Part shown: positions 48,899 to 58,252 of the stretch, piece after piece | Layout: each line of letters opens with the position of its first letter | How positions within the stretch are numbered: position 1 is the first letter of the stretch | Assembly (NCBI GenBank): GCA_910586005.1 | Contig: CAJUHG010000002.1 | Location: 36,362-100,361, forward strand | Source of the DNA: an uncultured Lachnospiraceae bacterium | GTDB lineage: Bacteria; Bacillota; Clostridia; Lachnospirales; Lachnospiraceae | Reading direction: 5' to 3' | DNA: 64,000 nt | Position numbers and translations under genes: made by a program | Notes under the pieces: generated by a model | What the model saw: the letters and a program-made list of their open reading frames with translations, nothing else | The model's database searches: none | What the model was told of the DNA's origin: nothing

Positions 48899-49975
48899 AT
48901 GATTGAAAACTTTCATAAATTACCACTTTATTCTTTGAAGAAAAGTGAAAAAGAACAATTATTGTTGGAAGAATTAAATCAATTAACCGAAATGCATAGG
49001 ATAAAATGTGTTGAATATGCCCATTATCTTGAGGCAATTGGATATACTCAGAGTCAAGCAGAAACCTTAGAAGAAATACCTTTTGTACCAATTAGAATTT
49101 TTAAAGAACTTGAAATGAAAAGCATTCCTGAGAAAGATGTGTTTAAAGTAATGATGTCATCAGGAACAAGCGCACAAATACAGTCAAAAATATATCTAAA
49201 TAAAGAGAATGCAATACTTCAACAGAAAGTTTTGCTTCGTATCCTTGGAGACTTTGTTGGCTCTAAGCGTCTACCAATGCTTGTTGTGGATTCTCATGCA
49301 ACAATAAGCGACAGACGATTATTCACCACAAGAGGTGGAACTATCATGGGGCTTGATTTTATGGCAAAAAAAATGATATTTGCACTTAATGATGATATGA
49401 CTTTAAACGTAGACAATTTAGAAGAGTTTGCAAATACTTATGGAAAGCATAAATTTCTAATTTTTGGATTTACATTTATGGTATGGAAATATCTCTTTGA
49501 TGAAATAGAGAAAAAGAAACTAAAAATTGATTTTTCTAATGGATATCTATTAACAGCCGGTGGCTGGAAAAAGTTAAAAAATGAAGCTGTATCAAACAAA
49601 GATTTTAAAAAACGTGGTGAGAAAGTTTGTGGAATTAGACATTATATTGATCATTATGGGATGGCAGAGCAGACAGGATGTATATATGCAGAATGTGAAT
49701 GTGGGCATCTTCATGCAAGCATATATTCAGATATTATTGTGAGAAGATATAGAGATTTTTCACCTTGTGAATATGGTGAGCGTGGATTTATTCAATTATT
49801 GTCTAGTTTACCCCATTCTTATCCAGGACATTCTATACTGACTGAGGATGAAGGTATTATTCTTGGAGAAGATGATTGTCCATGTGGACGGAAAGGAAAA
49901 TATATCCAGATACTTGGAAGGATAAAGAATGCTGAGATAAGGGGGTGCAGTGATACCTATGCAACAAGTTTTTAA
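48899..49975 (+). CDS. LuxE-like acyl-protein synthetase
   Basis: SSGTS, GGWK, YGMAE, YPGHSILTEDEG, CPCGR.G, C-terminal RGCS. Confidence 0.88.
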   Translation: MIENFHKLPLYSLKKSEKEQLLLEELNQLTEMHRIKCVEYAHYLEAIGYTQSQAETLEEIPFVPIRIFKELEMKSIPEKDVFKVMMSSGTSAQIQSKIYLNKENAILQQKVLLRILGDFVGSKRLPMLVVDSHATISDRRLFTTRGGTIMGLDFMAKKMIFALNDDMTLNVDNLEEFANTYGKHKFLIFGFTFMVWKYLFDEIEKKKLKIDFSNGYLLTAGGWKKLKNEAVSNKDFKKRGEKVCGIRHYIDHYGMAEQTGCIYAECECGHLHASIYSDIIVRRYRDFSPCEYGERGFIQLLSSLPHSYPGHSILTEDEGIILGEDDCPCGRKGKYIQILGRIKNAEIRGCSDTYATSF

Positions 49976-51152
49976 TGATATAAGATATCTTGTTGGGAAT
50001 AAAGAAATTCTTGAACAGATGGAAAAAACACAGGTGCTTCCTTTATTCTCAGAAAAAGCATTAAACTTTCTAGATTGTCTTTCAAGAAGGCTAATGTGTA
50101 GTAACAAGGCGAAAAAATATCCTGATGTGATTGCGTATGCTTTTTGGATTAGAAGAGCATCCTTAGAAAAAATAAGTATGCAATACAAAACAAAAGACCA
50201 AAAGTTAGGAAGAGGAATTGCATTTCAAATAGCACCATCAAATATTCCTGTTCAATTTGCAGTTTCTATGACATATGCTCTTACGGCGGGTAATGCGTCA
50301 ATTATAAGGATATCTGATAAAGAATTTGAACAGGTGGATATTATTTGCGAGGGCATTCGTTCTATTCTATGTGACACATATCCTGAAATGGCATCATATA
50401 TTTGTGTTATTCGATATCAACATAATGATAAAATAACACAATCATTGACAGATTTATGTGACATTCGGATGATATGGGGAGGAAATCATACAATTGCAGC
50501 TATACGTAAAGCTACTATAAATGCTAGATGTATTGATCTTGGATTTGCAGACCGCTATTCTATAGCCGTTATTAATGCTGATGATTATTTAGAAGAAGAT
50601 GCTGTTTTATTGGCAAATGATTTTTACAATGATACATACTTCTCTGATCAAAATGCATGCAGTTCCCCAAGATTAGTAATATGGATAGGAAATAGAATAT
50701 CAAAAGCAAAAGAACTGTTTTGGGATACATTAGGAGATATTGTATCAAGAAAATATTTGATGGAATCGATATGCAGTTCAGAGAAATTATTAAAAACAGC
50801 AATATGTGCTGCTAAACATCCAGGCATAAGAGAAATAAAAAAAGATAATTTACTTGTAAGAATAGAATTACCATCATTGTATGATGATATTATGGATTTT
50901 AAAGGAAATTGTGGCTACTTTTTTGAATGTAGCATTGATAATCTACAAGACATTATTCCTATCATGAAAAAAAATTGCCAAACAATAACATATATAGGAA
51001 AAATAGAAGAAAAACTTAGGAAAATTATAAATGATAATGGTGTAAAAGGTGTTGACAGAATTGTTCCTGTTGGGCATGCTGCAGATATTGCATTTGTGTG
51101 GGATGGTTTAGATTTACCAAATATATTATCTCGTCAAATAGGTAATTCATAG
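49959..51152 (+). CDS. LuxC-like acyl-CoA reductase
   Basis: GRGIAFQIAPSNIP, WGG, DQNACSSP, GVDRIVPVG, WDG. Confidence 0.88.
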   Translation: MQQVFNDIRYLVGNKEILEQMEKTQVLPLFSEKALNFLDCLSRRLMCSNKAKKYPDVIAYAFWIRRASLEKISMQYKTKDQKLGRGIAFQIAPSNIPVQFAVSMTYALTAGNASIIRISDKEFEQVDIICEGIRSILCDTYPEMASYICVIRYQHNDKITQSLTDLCDIRMIWGGNHTIAAIRKATINARCIDLGFADRYSIAVINADDYLEEDAVLLANDFYNDTYFSDQNACSSPRLVIWIGNRISKAKELFWDTLGDIVSRKYLMESICSSEKLLKTAICAAKHPGIREIKKDNLLVRIELPSLYDDIMDFKGNCGYFFECSIDNLQDIIPIMKKNCQTITYIGKIEEKLRKIINDNGVKGVDRIVPVGHAADIAFVWDGLDLPNILSRQIGNS

Positions 51153-51194
51153 AGTGTATAAATATATAAAAATAGAATTATTGGAGGATTAAAA

Positions 51195-51434
51195 ATGACA
51201 AATATTGAAAAGTATATAAACACATTTGTAGAAGGTCTTGGAATAAAAGAAGAACAAGTGGAAGGACTAGAATATCAAGCAATTATGGAATGGGACTCCG
51301 TTGGCCATATGTCACTTATTACAGCGATTGAAAATACTTTTGGTATTATGATGGATGTAGATGATATTATTGATTTTAGTTCATATGAAAAGGGAAAAGA
51401 AATTTTGAGCAAGAATTATCATATTGAATTTTAG
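51195..51434 (+). CDS. Acyl carrier protein
   Basis: WDSVGHM phosphopantetheine site; acidic 79-aa protein. Confidence 0.9.
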   Translation: MTNIEKYINTFVEGLGIKEEQVEGLEYQAIMEWDSVGHMSLITAIENTFGIMMDVDDIIDFSSYEKGKEILSKNYHIEF

Positions 51435-51454
51435 CCTTATCAAGGAAATCTCAC
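51430..51454 (+). repeat. Right boundary direct repeat of the NeuB/Lux cassette
   Basis: TTTAGCCTTATCAAGGAAATCTCAC, overlapping the ACP stop codon. Confidence 0.55.
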
Positions 51455-51501
51455 CTGTGTTTAATAAAAAGAAAAAACAAATTTTTAACTTTACTAAAAT
51501 A

Positions 51502-51614
51502 TAATATTATAAAAGGTATAGCCGATATAATAAAAGATAGGAAATCATACAACGCATGGAGGCGCTATACCATTAAAAGAAGAGGAATGGATAGGCGTCT
51601 ATTTCTCTTTTTTT
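51502..51614 (+). ncRNA. Putative sigma28-driven small RNA/attenuator with CsrA-type hairpin, copy 2
   Basis: TAAT-N15-GCCGATAT; CGC-ATGGAG-GCG (51553-51564); terminator AGAGGAATGGAT-AGGC-GTCTATTTCTCT ending in T7. Confidence 0.65.
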
Positions 51615-51801
51615 GTAATATTAAGAAAAGAAATACTTTGTTGCTATGAAGTGTTAAAGTATATAATTGTCTTATAATCTAAAAATAATATAAGCATTCC
51701 ACAAGAGCAAATGATTTCTTTGGTGTTATCTGTAAAAAGCAGATTTTATTTTCTATCATGAAATTTTTGGAAAAAATATTGAATATAAGGTGGATAAAGA
51801 A

Positions 51802-53880
51802 ATGGCAGAACAATTAAACCAATTTTTAAATAAGGCTTTTGATTTTGAAGAGCAAGGTTATGTAGAGGAAGCAATACAGTTATGTGAGAAATGTATACAA
51901 GTATTTCCAGAGTATGAAAATGATATTAAACTTGAAATTGCAAAAATGATTTATAGAAATGGAGAAAAAAATCTTGCACTTTCCCAATTTCTTACTATCT
52001 ATCAGGAGACAGAGAACAGTGAGATTCGCGATTTGATTTTAGAAGCTTATTATGGTGAGAAGGAACAAGAGTATGAAAAAAATTGTCAGGAAAATTGGAA
52101 ACGATTAGAAACATATCCTCACTTTTTTGGAAATGCAGCTCCATCAGAAATCCGTTATTATCCCATTTATCAAAGTCAAAAAGAAATTTTATTTTATGAT
52201 AGTATAGAACAAAAGTTTCAAATCATAGAACGGTTTAAAGTTGTTATGGAAAACCAAAATAATATGGTTTGTATCAGCAGTGATTTGTTGTGGATGGAAG
52301 ATATTTTATTGTTAGAGAAAATGACAAGGAAAGTAGATCCGTTTATGGATATGGAAAATGCTTTATTACTTGTATATCACAAAGAAACATGGGATTTATT
52401 GTTGCAGATATTTGATTTAAAACATTTAATAGAGTTTGATAGAATTGTTTTTTATGATAGTAAGGATTGGCTAGAACATTCTATTTTGGAAGAAGGATAT
52501 CGCTTTCCTAAAATAATAGGAGGGAATCTATCAGAAGAAATTAAAGATCTTTTAAAGGATATATCTAATAAATACAAACAAGAGTTTACAAAATATCATA
52601 AGGAAGCATTAAAATATTATAAGGAAAATAGCAAAGAAATTATAAAACATATCAAAGAAGGAAATCCTAGAATTTTATTTGATACTACCCGTTTTTCGAC
52701 TGCACTTCAATATCATATCAGAGATTGTAAAGAAGCAGCGAATAGAAGAGGATTAAAGACAGAATTGATAATTGAAAAAGATAGATTATGCACAGGTTGG
52801 TCAGATTTATTTTATATAAAAAAGGTTGTAGAATTTAAACCAGATATTATTTTTATGATAGATCATTTTAGACATGAAAATAGTATAGTAGCTGTATTGA
52901 ATGAGTTGGTTTTTGTATGTTGGGTACAAGATCCGCTATCTTCTATTATGGATAAAGAAATACCATTAAAATTAACAAATAAAGATTTTATTTTAAATCA
53001 TTTTACTACATGGAAAGATTTTAAAGAAGTTGGTTACAATGAAAAGTATGTAATAGATGCTCCCGTTGCTTCTAATCCTTTTCTTTATAAACCCTATCCA
53101 TTAAATGAGGAAGAAAAAAAGAAATTTTCTTGTGATATATGTTTTGTATGTCATGCCAGTGATGTGGATGGTCATATCAATCGTTTATTGCAAAATATTC
53201 CTGTTTTGCATGAACCCATACGTGCTGTATATAAGGGATATCAGGCTTATGTATATGAAACTGGAAATGTATTTTATACAAAAAAAGTTTTTAAGGATTA
53301 TATTGAAGGAGCTTTACAGTGTCATTATAACGTTACATTAGTGCCTAGTTTATTAGAAGATCTAGCAGAAGATATGTATATGAGATTTAATTTAGCTGTA
53401 TTTAGACAAGCTTTGGTAGATTGGATTTTGGATGCTGGATTTACTAATATTAAATTGTGGGGAAATGGATGGACAAAAGAAGAAAAATATAAGAAATATG
53501 CTATGGGTCCAGCAGAAAATGGAGAAACACTCTCTAAGATTTATCAGGCTTCTAAGATTGTAGTAGGAAATAATATTATAATCACTGCTGCTTCTAGGGC
53601 ATGGGAAACCATGCTTAGTGGGGGATTTTATATGAGTAATTATATTCCAGAAGAAGTAGATTGGTCAGATATAAGAAAAATTATTGAGGTTGGAAAAGAT
53701 GTTATTATGTTTTATAACCGTGATGATTTAATAGAAAAGTTGCATTATTATTTGAATCATGAAGAAGAGCGACAAATTATGATAAAAAATGGTAGAAAAG
53801 CAGCATTGGAAAAAATGACATATGATGCATTGATAGAAAAAATGCTAAAAGAACTAGCAGAACGCTTAGAATTAGAATAA
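51802..53880 (+). CDS. TPR-containing CgeB/Glyco_trans_1_2-type glycosyltransferase
   Basis: N-terminal TPR-like helices; W.QDP, L.G.GW, IYQASKIVVG, R..E.MLSGGF, YYL.HEEER..M..NG. Confidence 0.75.
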   Translation: MAEQLNQFLNKAFDFEEQGYVEEAIQLCEKCIQVFPEYENDIKLEIAKMIYRNGEKNLALSQFLTIYQETENSEIRDLILEAYYGEKEQEYEKNCQENWKRLETYPHFFGNAAPSEIRYYPIYQSQKEILFYDSIEQKFQIIERFKVVMENQNNMVCISSDLLWMEDILLLEKMTRKVDPFMDMENALLLVYHKETWDLLLQIFDLKHLIEFDRIVFYDSKDWLEHSILEEGYRFPKIIGGNLSEEIKDLLKDISNKYKQEFTKYHKEALKYYKENSKEIIKHIKEGNPRILFDTTRFSTALQYHIRDCKEAANRRGLKTELIIEKDRLCTGWSDLFYIKKVVEFKPDIIFMIDHFRHENSIVAVLNELVFVCWVQDPLSSIMDKEIPLKLTNKDFILNHFTTWKDFKEVGYNEKYVIDAPVASNPFLYKPYPLNEEEKKKFSCDICFVCHASDVDGHINRLLQNIPVLHEPIRAVYKGYQAYVYETGNVFYTKKVFKDYIEGALQCHYNVTLVPSLLEDLAEDMYMRFNLAVFRQALVDWILDAGFTNIKLWGNGWTKEEKYKKYAMGPAENGETLSKIYQASKIVVGNNIIITAASRAWETMLSGGFYMSNYIPEEVDWSDIRKIIEVGKDVIMFYNRDDLIEKLHYYLNHEEERQIMIKNGRKAALEKMTYDALIEKMLKELAERLELE

Positions 53881-53923
53881 AAAAGGTAGTTTGTGCTGAA
53901 AAACATACAGAATGGAGGAAATT

Positions 53924-54637
53924 ATGTTATCAAATGAAAATAAAGAAGCTAATCATGGAAGTGATGAAGAAAATTGGGATGCAGTATTAAGACACTTTAA
54001 GACAAAAGCAGATTTATCACAATTAGGTACCTATTATTCTTATATGGTTAATGCAGATATTAAACATTTATCCTTTACATTAAGTAGATATAAATTTGCT
54101 AGCAAATTACTAATGTATAAAGAACATACCAATCTATTAGAAATGGGTTGTCAAGAAGCCTTAGGAGCATTGTTGTTTCAACAAAATATTAATCTTGATA
54201 GATATGTTGGAATTGATTTGGATGCAGAAGCAATTAAGTGGAATAAAGAATATTTACCAAAGGATTTTGAATTTATTTGTGCAAACTTTTTTGAGTGTAC
54301 AAAATTAGGAGAAGAAGAATTTGATGCAGTTGTAAGTTTAGACGTTATTGAGCATATAGCACCAGAAAAGGAAGAACAATATTGTGAAATAATTTGTAAA
54401 AATCTGAAACAAGATGGCGTGGCGATTGTAGGAACACCTAATATTGCATTTAGTCCCTATGCAAGTGAGGGAAGTAAAATAGGCCATATTAATTTATATG
54501 ATCAAAAAAGATTATATAAATTAATGAATAGATACTTTCATAATGTATTTATTTTTAATATGAATGATGAAGTAGTTCATACAGGTTTTGCACCAATGTC
54601 TTGTTATATTTTTGCAGTGGGTTGTAATAAAAAATAG
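53924..54637 (+). CDS. Class I SAM-dependent methyltransferase (glycan tailoring)
   Basis: LEMGC, GIDLD, FDAVVSLDVIEHI, GTPN, H.N.Y. Start set after GGAGG. Confidence 0.82.
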   Translation: MLSNENKEANHGSDEENWDAVLRHFKTKADLSQLGTYYSYMVNADIKHLSFTLSRYKFASKLLMYKEHTNLLEMGCQEALGALLFQQNINLDRYVGIDLDAEAIKWNKEYLPKDFEFICANFFECTKLGEEEFDAVVSLDVIEHIAPEKEEQYCEIICKNLKQDGVAIVGTPNIAFSPYASEGSKIGHINLYDQKRLYKLMNRYFHNVFIFNMNDEVVHTGFAPMSCYIFAVGCNKK

Positions 54638-54693
54638 ATAATTTGGATTTATAATTATATATTAAGAAAGAATGGAAAAAGGAATAGAGAGTT

Positions 54694-56220
54694 ATGGGGA
54701 AAATTATATCCAAACAAGATATAAGTGAAATAGAGGAATTAAAAAAAGAGGGAAAGAAAATAGTTCTCTGTCATGGGGTATTTGATTTGGTTCATCTAGG
54801 GCATATTATCCATTTTGAAGAAGCCAAAAAAATGGGTGATGTTTTGGTAGTTTCTATAACGGCAGCAGAATATGTGAGAAAAGGACCAGGTAGACCTTAT
54901 TTTGATGATGAAATGCGTTTGAAGTTTTTATCATCCATTGCATGTATTGATTATGTTATGTTATCAGAAGAATATACTGTAGATGATATTATTGAAACGA
55001 TTGAACCAGATTTATATGTAAAAGGGGCGGAATATGCCAAAGCGGAAAATGATATTACAGAAAAAATTAAAGAAGAAGTAAAACTAGTAAGAAGTCATGG
55101 AGGAGATATTGCCTATACAACAGGTCAGGTATTTAGTTCTACCAAGTTAATTAACCATGCACTTCCCGCTTTATCAGAAGAGGTAAAAGAATTTGCACTA
55201 GATTTTCATCAAAGATATTCCATAGAAGATATTAGGAATTTTACAAATGCCATGAAGAATATAAAAGTATTAGTGGTGGGAGATGTCATTATTGATGAAT
55301 ATATCTATTGTAATGTTCAGGGGATTATGTCAAAAGATAGAGGTTATTCTGCGCGTTATCAATATGCAGAGCAATATTTAGGGGGAACTTTGGCCGTTGC
55401 GCGTCATCTTGCATCTTTTAGTGACAATGTAACATTGATGAGTATTATAGGGATAGAAGAAACGGTGCACAGTAGAATGTTAGATGAACTTAGTGATAAG
55501 ATGCGTGTGGATATGACTTATAGCAATGTATTTAAAACAATTGTAAAAAGTCGGTATGTGTCTTTAAATGAAAAACGGGAAGAACTAGATAAAATATTTG
55601 CAATAAATAATCTTCCAACACCTATGTGCATAGATAAAGAAGCATTAGATTCCTTTAAGTGTAAGTTACAAGAAAAGATAGGGCAATATGATGCAGTGAT
55701 TTTATGTGATTTTGGACATGGTTTAATTGACAGTGAGGTTATGGATATCATTCAGGAGAATGCTAAATTTTTAGCTTTGAATTGTCAGACAAATTCTTCT
55801 AATTATGGCAAAAATTTAATTACAAAGTACAAACGGGCAGATGTATTTGCCTTAGACCAGAGAGAGTTGGGATTGGCTTTTTCTAATTATCAGCAAGGAG
55901 AAGACGAGTTGTTACTTCGATTAGCAGAGTATTTTGATAGTTATGGCTGGTTGACTCAGGGTTCGAAAGGAGCTACTTCTGTTGAAAATAAAATATTAAA
56001 AATGTGTCCAGCGTTTACCTTGAAAGTAAAAGATACCATAGGTGCTGGAGATGCATTTTTTGCTTTGGCAAGTCTTGCAGTTGCAGCAGGGGCGCCGATA
56101 GAGGTTGGAACTTTTATAGGAAATATAGCAGGCGCTTTAGCAGCGAATATTGTGGGGAACAAAGAATCTATAGAGAAAGTAAATGTGTTGAAGTATGCAA
56201 GTACCTTATTAAATATGTAG
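54694..56220 (+). CDS. Bifunctional nucleotidyltransferase / PfkB kinase (HldE/RfaE-like, reversed domain order)
   Basis: N-terminal HGVFDLVHLGH, KGPGRP, YVKG.EY, FSST; C-terminal VGD.IIDEY, DFGHG, DTIGAGDAF. Confidence 0.85.
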   Translation: MGKIISKQDISEIEELKKEGKKIVLCHGVFDLVHLGHIIHFEEAKKMGDVLVVSITAAEYVRKGPGRPYFDDEMRLKFLSSIACIDYVMLSEEYTVDDIIETIEPDLYVKGAEYAKAENDITEKIKEEVKLVRSHGGDIAYTTGQVFSSTKLINHALPALSEEVKEFALDFHQRYSIEDIRNFTNAMKNIKVLVVGDVIIDEYIYCNVQGIMSKDRGYSARYQYAEQYLGGTLAVARHLASFSDNVTLMSIIGIEETVHSRMLDELSDKMRVDMTYSNVFKTIVKSRYVSLNEKREELDKIFAINNLPTPMCIDKEALDSFKCKLQEKIGQYDAVILCDFGHGLIDSEVMDIIQENAKFLALNCQTNSSNYGKNLITKYKRADVFALDQRELGLAFSNYQQGEDELLLRLAEYFDSYGWLTQGSKGATSVENKILKMCPAFTLKVKDTIGAGDAFFALASLAVAAGAPIEVGTFIGNIAGALAANIVGNKESIEKVNVLKYASTLLNM

Positions 56221-56233
56221 TGGAGTAGATAAT

Positions 56234-56985
56234 ATGTTATCATTAGTAACAGGTGGTTGTGGGTTTATCGGTTCTCATATAATGTAGTGGAATGTGCAAA
56301 AAATGCAGGAATTAAAAAACTTGTATATGCAGCATCTTCTTCCTGTTATGGAATACCAGATGAATTTCCTACCAAGGAGACAGCAGAAATTCGTCCTCAG
56401 TATCCATATGCCTTAACCAAAAGACTTGGAGAAGAAACTGTACTTCACTGGGGGCAAGTGTATGGTTTACCAGTGATTACCTTGCGATTATTTAATGTAT
56501 ATGGAACACGTTCTAGAACATCAGGGACCTATGGAGCAGTGTTTGGTGTGTTTTTAGCGCAAAAGTTGGCGGGAAAACCGTTTACAGTAGTGGGAACTGG
56601 AGAACAGACAAGAGATTTTACCTATGTGACAGATGTTGCAGATGCTTTTTATACAGCAGCTATGTCTGATATTGTAAATGAAACTTTTAATGTGGGCAGT
56701 GGTGGAACATAGTCTGTAAACCGTTTATGTGAATTGTTAGGTGGAGATATTGTACATATACCCAAAAGACACGGGGAACCAGATTGTACTTATGCCAATA
56801 CAGAGAAAATTGAGAGAGCATTTAACTGGAAAGCAAAAGTTACATTAGAAGAAGGAGTGGCCAAAATTCTTGACAATATTGAATATTGGCGCGAGGCTCC
56901 AGTTTAGACTCCAGATACGATTGGAGAAGCAACCAGTGATTGGTTTAAATATCTGGGAGATAAAGAAGAACATGGAGGAGTTTAA
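56234..56985 (+). pseudogene. NAD-dependent epimerase/dehydratase pseudogene
   Basis: MLSLVTGGCGFIGSH is followed by a frameshifting deletion to YNVVECA..AASSSCYG..YALTK; in-frame TAG at 56710 and 56905. Confidence 0.9.
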
Positions 56986-57563
56986 TGTACACAGATTATT
57001 TAAAAAAATTAGTACATTATTTGGAAGAAACACAAGTATATAATCAGCAAGGAATCTTATGTAAAGATTATGAAGAGGCAATGCAGAAGTTGGTAAATCT
57101 TTTTTCAGAGATGAAAGAAAATGGGAAACAAGTTTTCTTTATTGGCAATGGTGGAAGTTCTGCCATTGCTAGTCATATGACGGCTGATTTCATGAAAAAT
57201 GGTGGAATGAAAACGTATAGTCTGTATGATAATTCTGTTACAACTTGTATGGGAAATGATTATGGATATGAATATATTTTTTCACGTCCCTTAGAATTTT
57301 TAGGAAATAAGGGAGATTTGCTGGTGGCAATTAGCAGTTCAGGCAATTCTAAAAATATAGTAAATGCCATACAAGTAGCTCAGAAAAAAGGATTAAAAAT
57401 TATTACCTTGTCTGGATTTGAAAAAGAAAATTGTATTAGAAGTATGGGAAACTATAATATTTATGTGCCAGTAAGTCACTATGGCATGGTAGAATCTATT
57501 CACAATTTAATTTTGCAGCAGATTGTGGATATGATTTTAGAACGAGATGGAGAGTGCTTATAA
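56985..57563 (+). CDS. gmhA: Phosphoheptose isomerase-like SIS protein
   Basis: GNGGSSAIASH, ND.GY..IF, ISSSGNS.NI, ESIH. Confidence 0.85.
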   Translation: MYTDYLKKLVHYLEETQVYNQQGILCKDYEEAMQKLVNLFSEMKENGKQVFFIGNGGSSAIASHMTADFMKNGGMKTYSLYDNSVTTCMGNDYGYEYIFSRPLEFLGNKGDLLVAISSSGNSKNIVNAIQVAQKKGLKIITLSGFEKENCIRSMGNYNIYVPVSHYGMVESIHNLILQQIVDMILERDGECL

Positions 57564-57646
57564 TATAGTTGGTTTTGTCAGCAAAATTAACGTGCGTTTC
57601 GTGGCAAGAATGCGGATGGCATTCTTAAATTTAAGGATAAAATAAC

Positions 57647-58180
57647 ATGTTACATAGACCAGCAATTTTTTTGGATAGAGATGGTGTATTATGTGTGGAG
57701 AAAAGTTATGTGACTCAAATGGAGGAGTTAGAGATTTTTCCCTATACAAAGCAATGTATTGAAAAGATACATCAAAAAGGGTTTTTGGCAATTTGTATTA
57801 CAAACCAGTCGGCAGTGGCACGAGGAAAAATGACAGAAAAAACGTTGCAAGAAATCAATAGATATCTTGTAAAAGAGATGGGGTTGGATGCTTTGTATTA
57901 TTGTCCCCATCATCCAGATGGAATAGGAAAATATCAATTAAAATGTAATTGCAGAAAACCAAATACAGGAATGATAGAACTTGCGATTAAAGAGTGGGCG
58001 ATTGACCAGAAGAATTCTTATATGGTTGGAGATCGCGCTTCTGATGTTGAATGTGGACAAAAGGCTGGATTGAAAACTATATTATTAGAAAGTGGATATG
58101 GTACAAAACGTTTGGAAAAACCAATAGAGCCAGATTTTATTTATAAAGATTTAGAAGAATTTGTAAAAATAGGATTTTAA
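57647..58180 (+). CDS. gmhB: Heptose-bisphosphate phosphatase-like HAD protein
   Basis: FLDRDG, TNQS, CPHHP, C.CRKP..GM, MVGDR.SD. Confidence 0.88.
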   Translation: MLHRPAIFLDRDGVLCVEKSYVTQMEELEIFPYTKQCIEKIHQKGFLAICITNQSAVARGKMTEKTLQEINRYLVKEMGLDALYYCPHHPDGIGKYQLKCNCRKPNTGMIELAIKEWAIDQKNSYMVGDRASDVECGQKAGLKTILLESGYGTKRLEKPIEPDFIYKDLEEFVKIGF

Positions 58181-58252
58181 CTCCTATTTTAGTAGAAATT
58201 AGAATAAAATTTTAGGAAAAAAATAAAATTTTAAATTTATTTACTAAAAAGT

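Noticed and set aside
48899..51152. Bioluminescence operon
   Set aside because: luxA, luxB and luxD are absent, and the context is glycan biosynthesis.
56710..56907. Amber (TAG) recoding or pyrrolysine read-through in the epimerase gene
   Set aside because: The gene also has a frameshifting deletion, both TAGs are one substitution from Tyr/Trp codons, and many intact genes here end in TAG.
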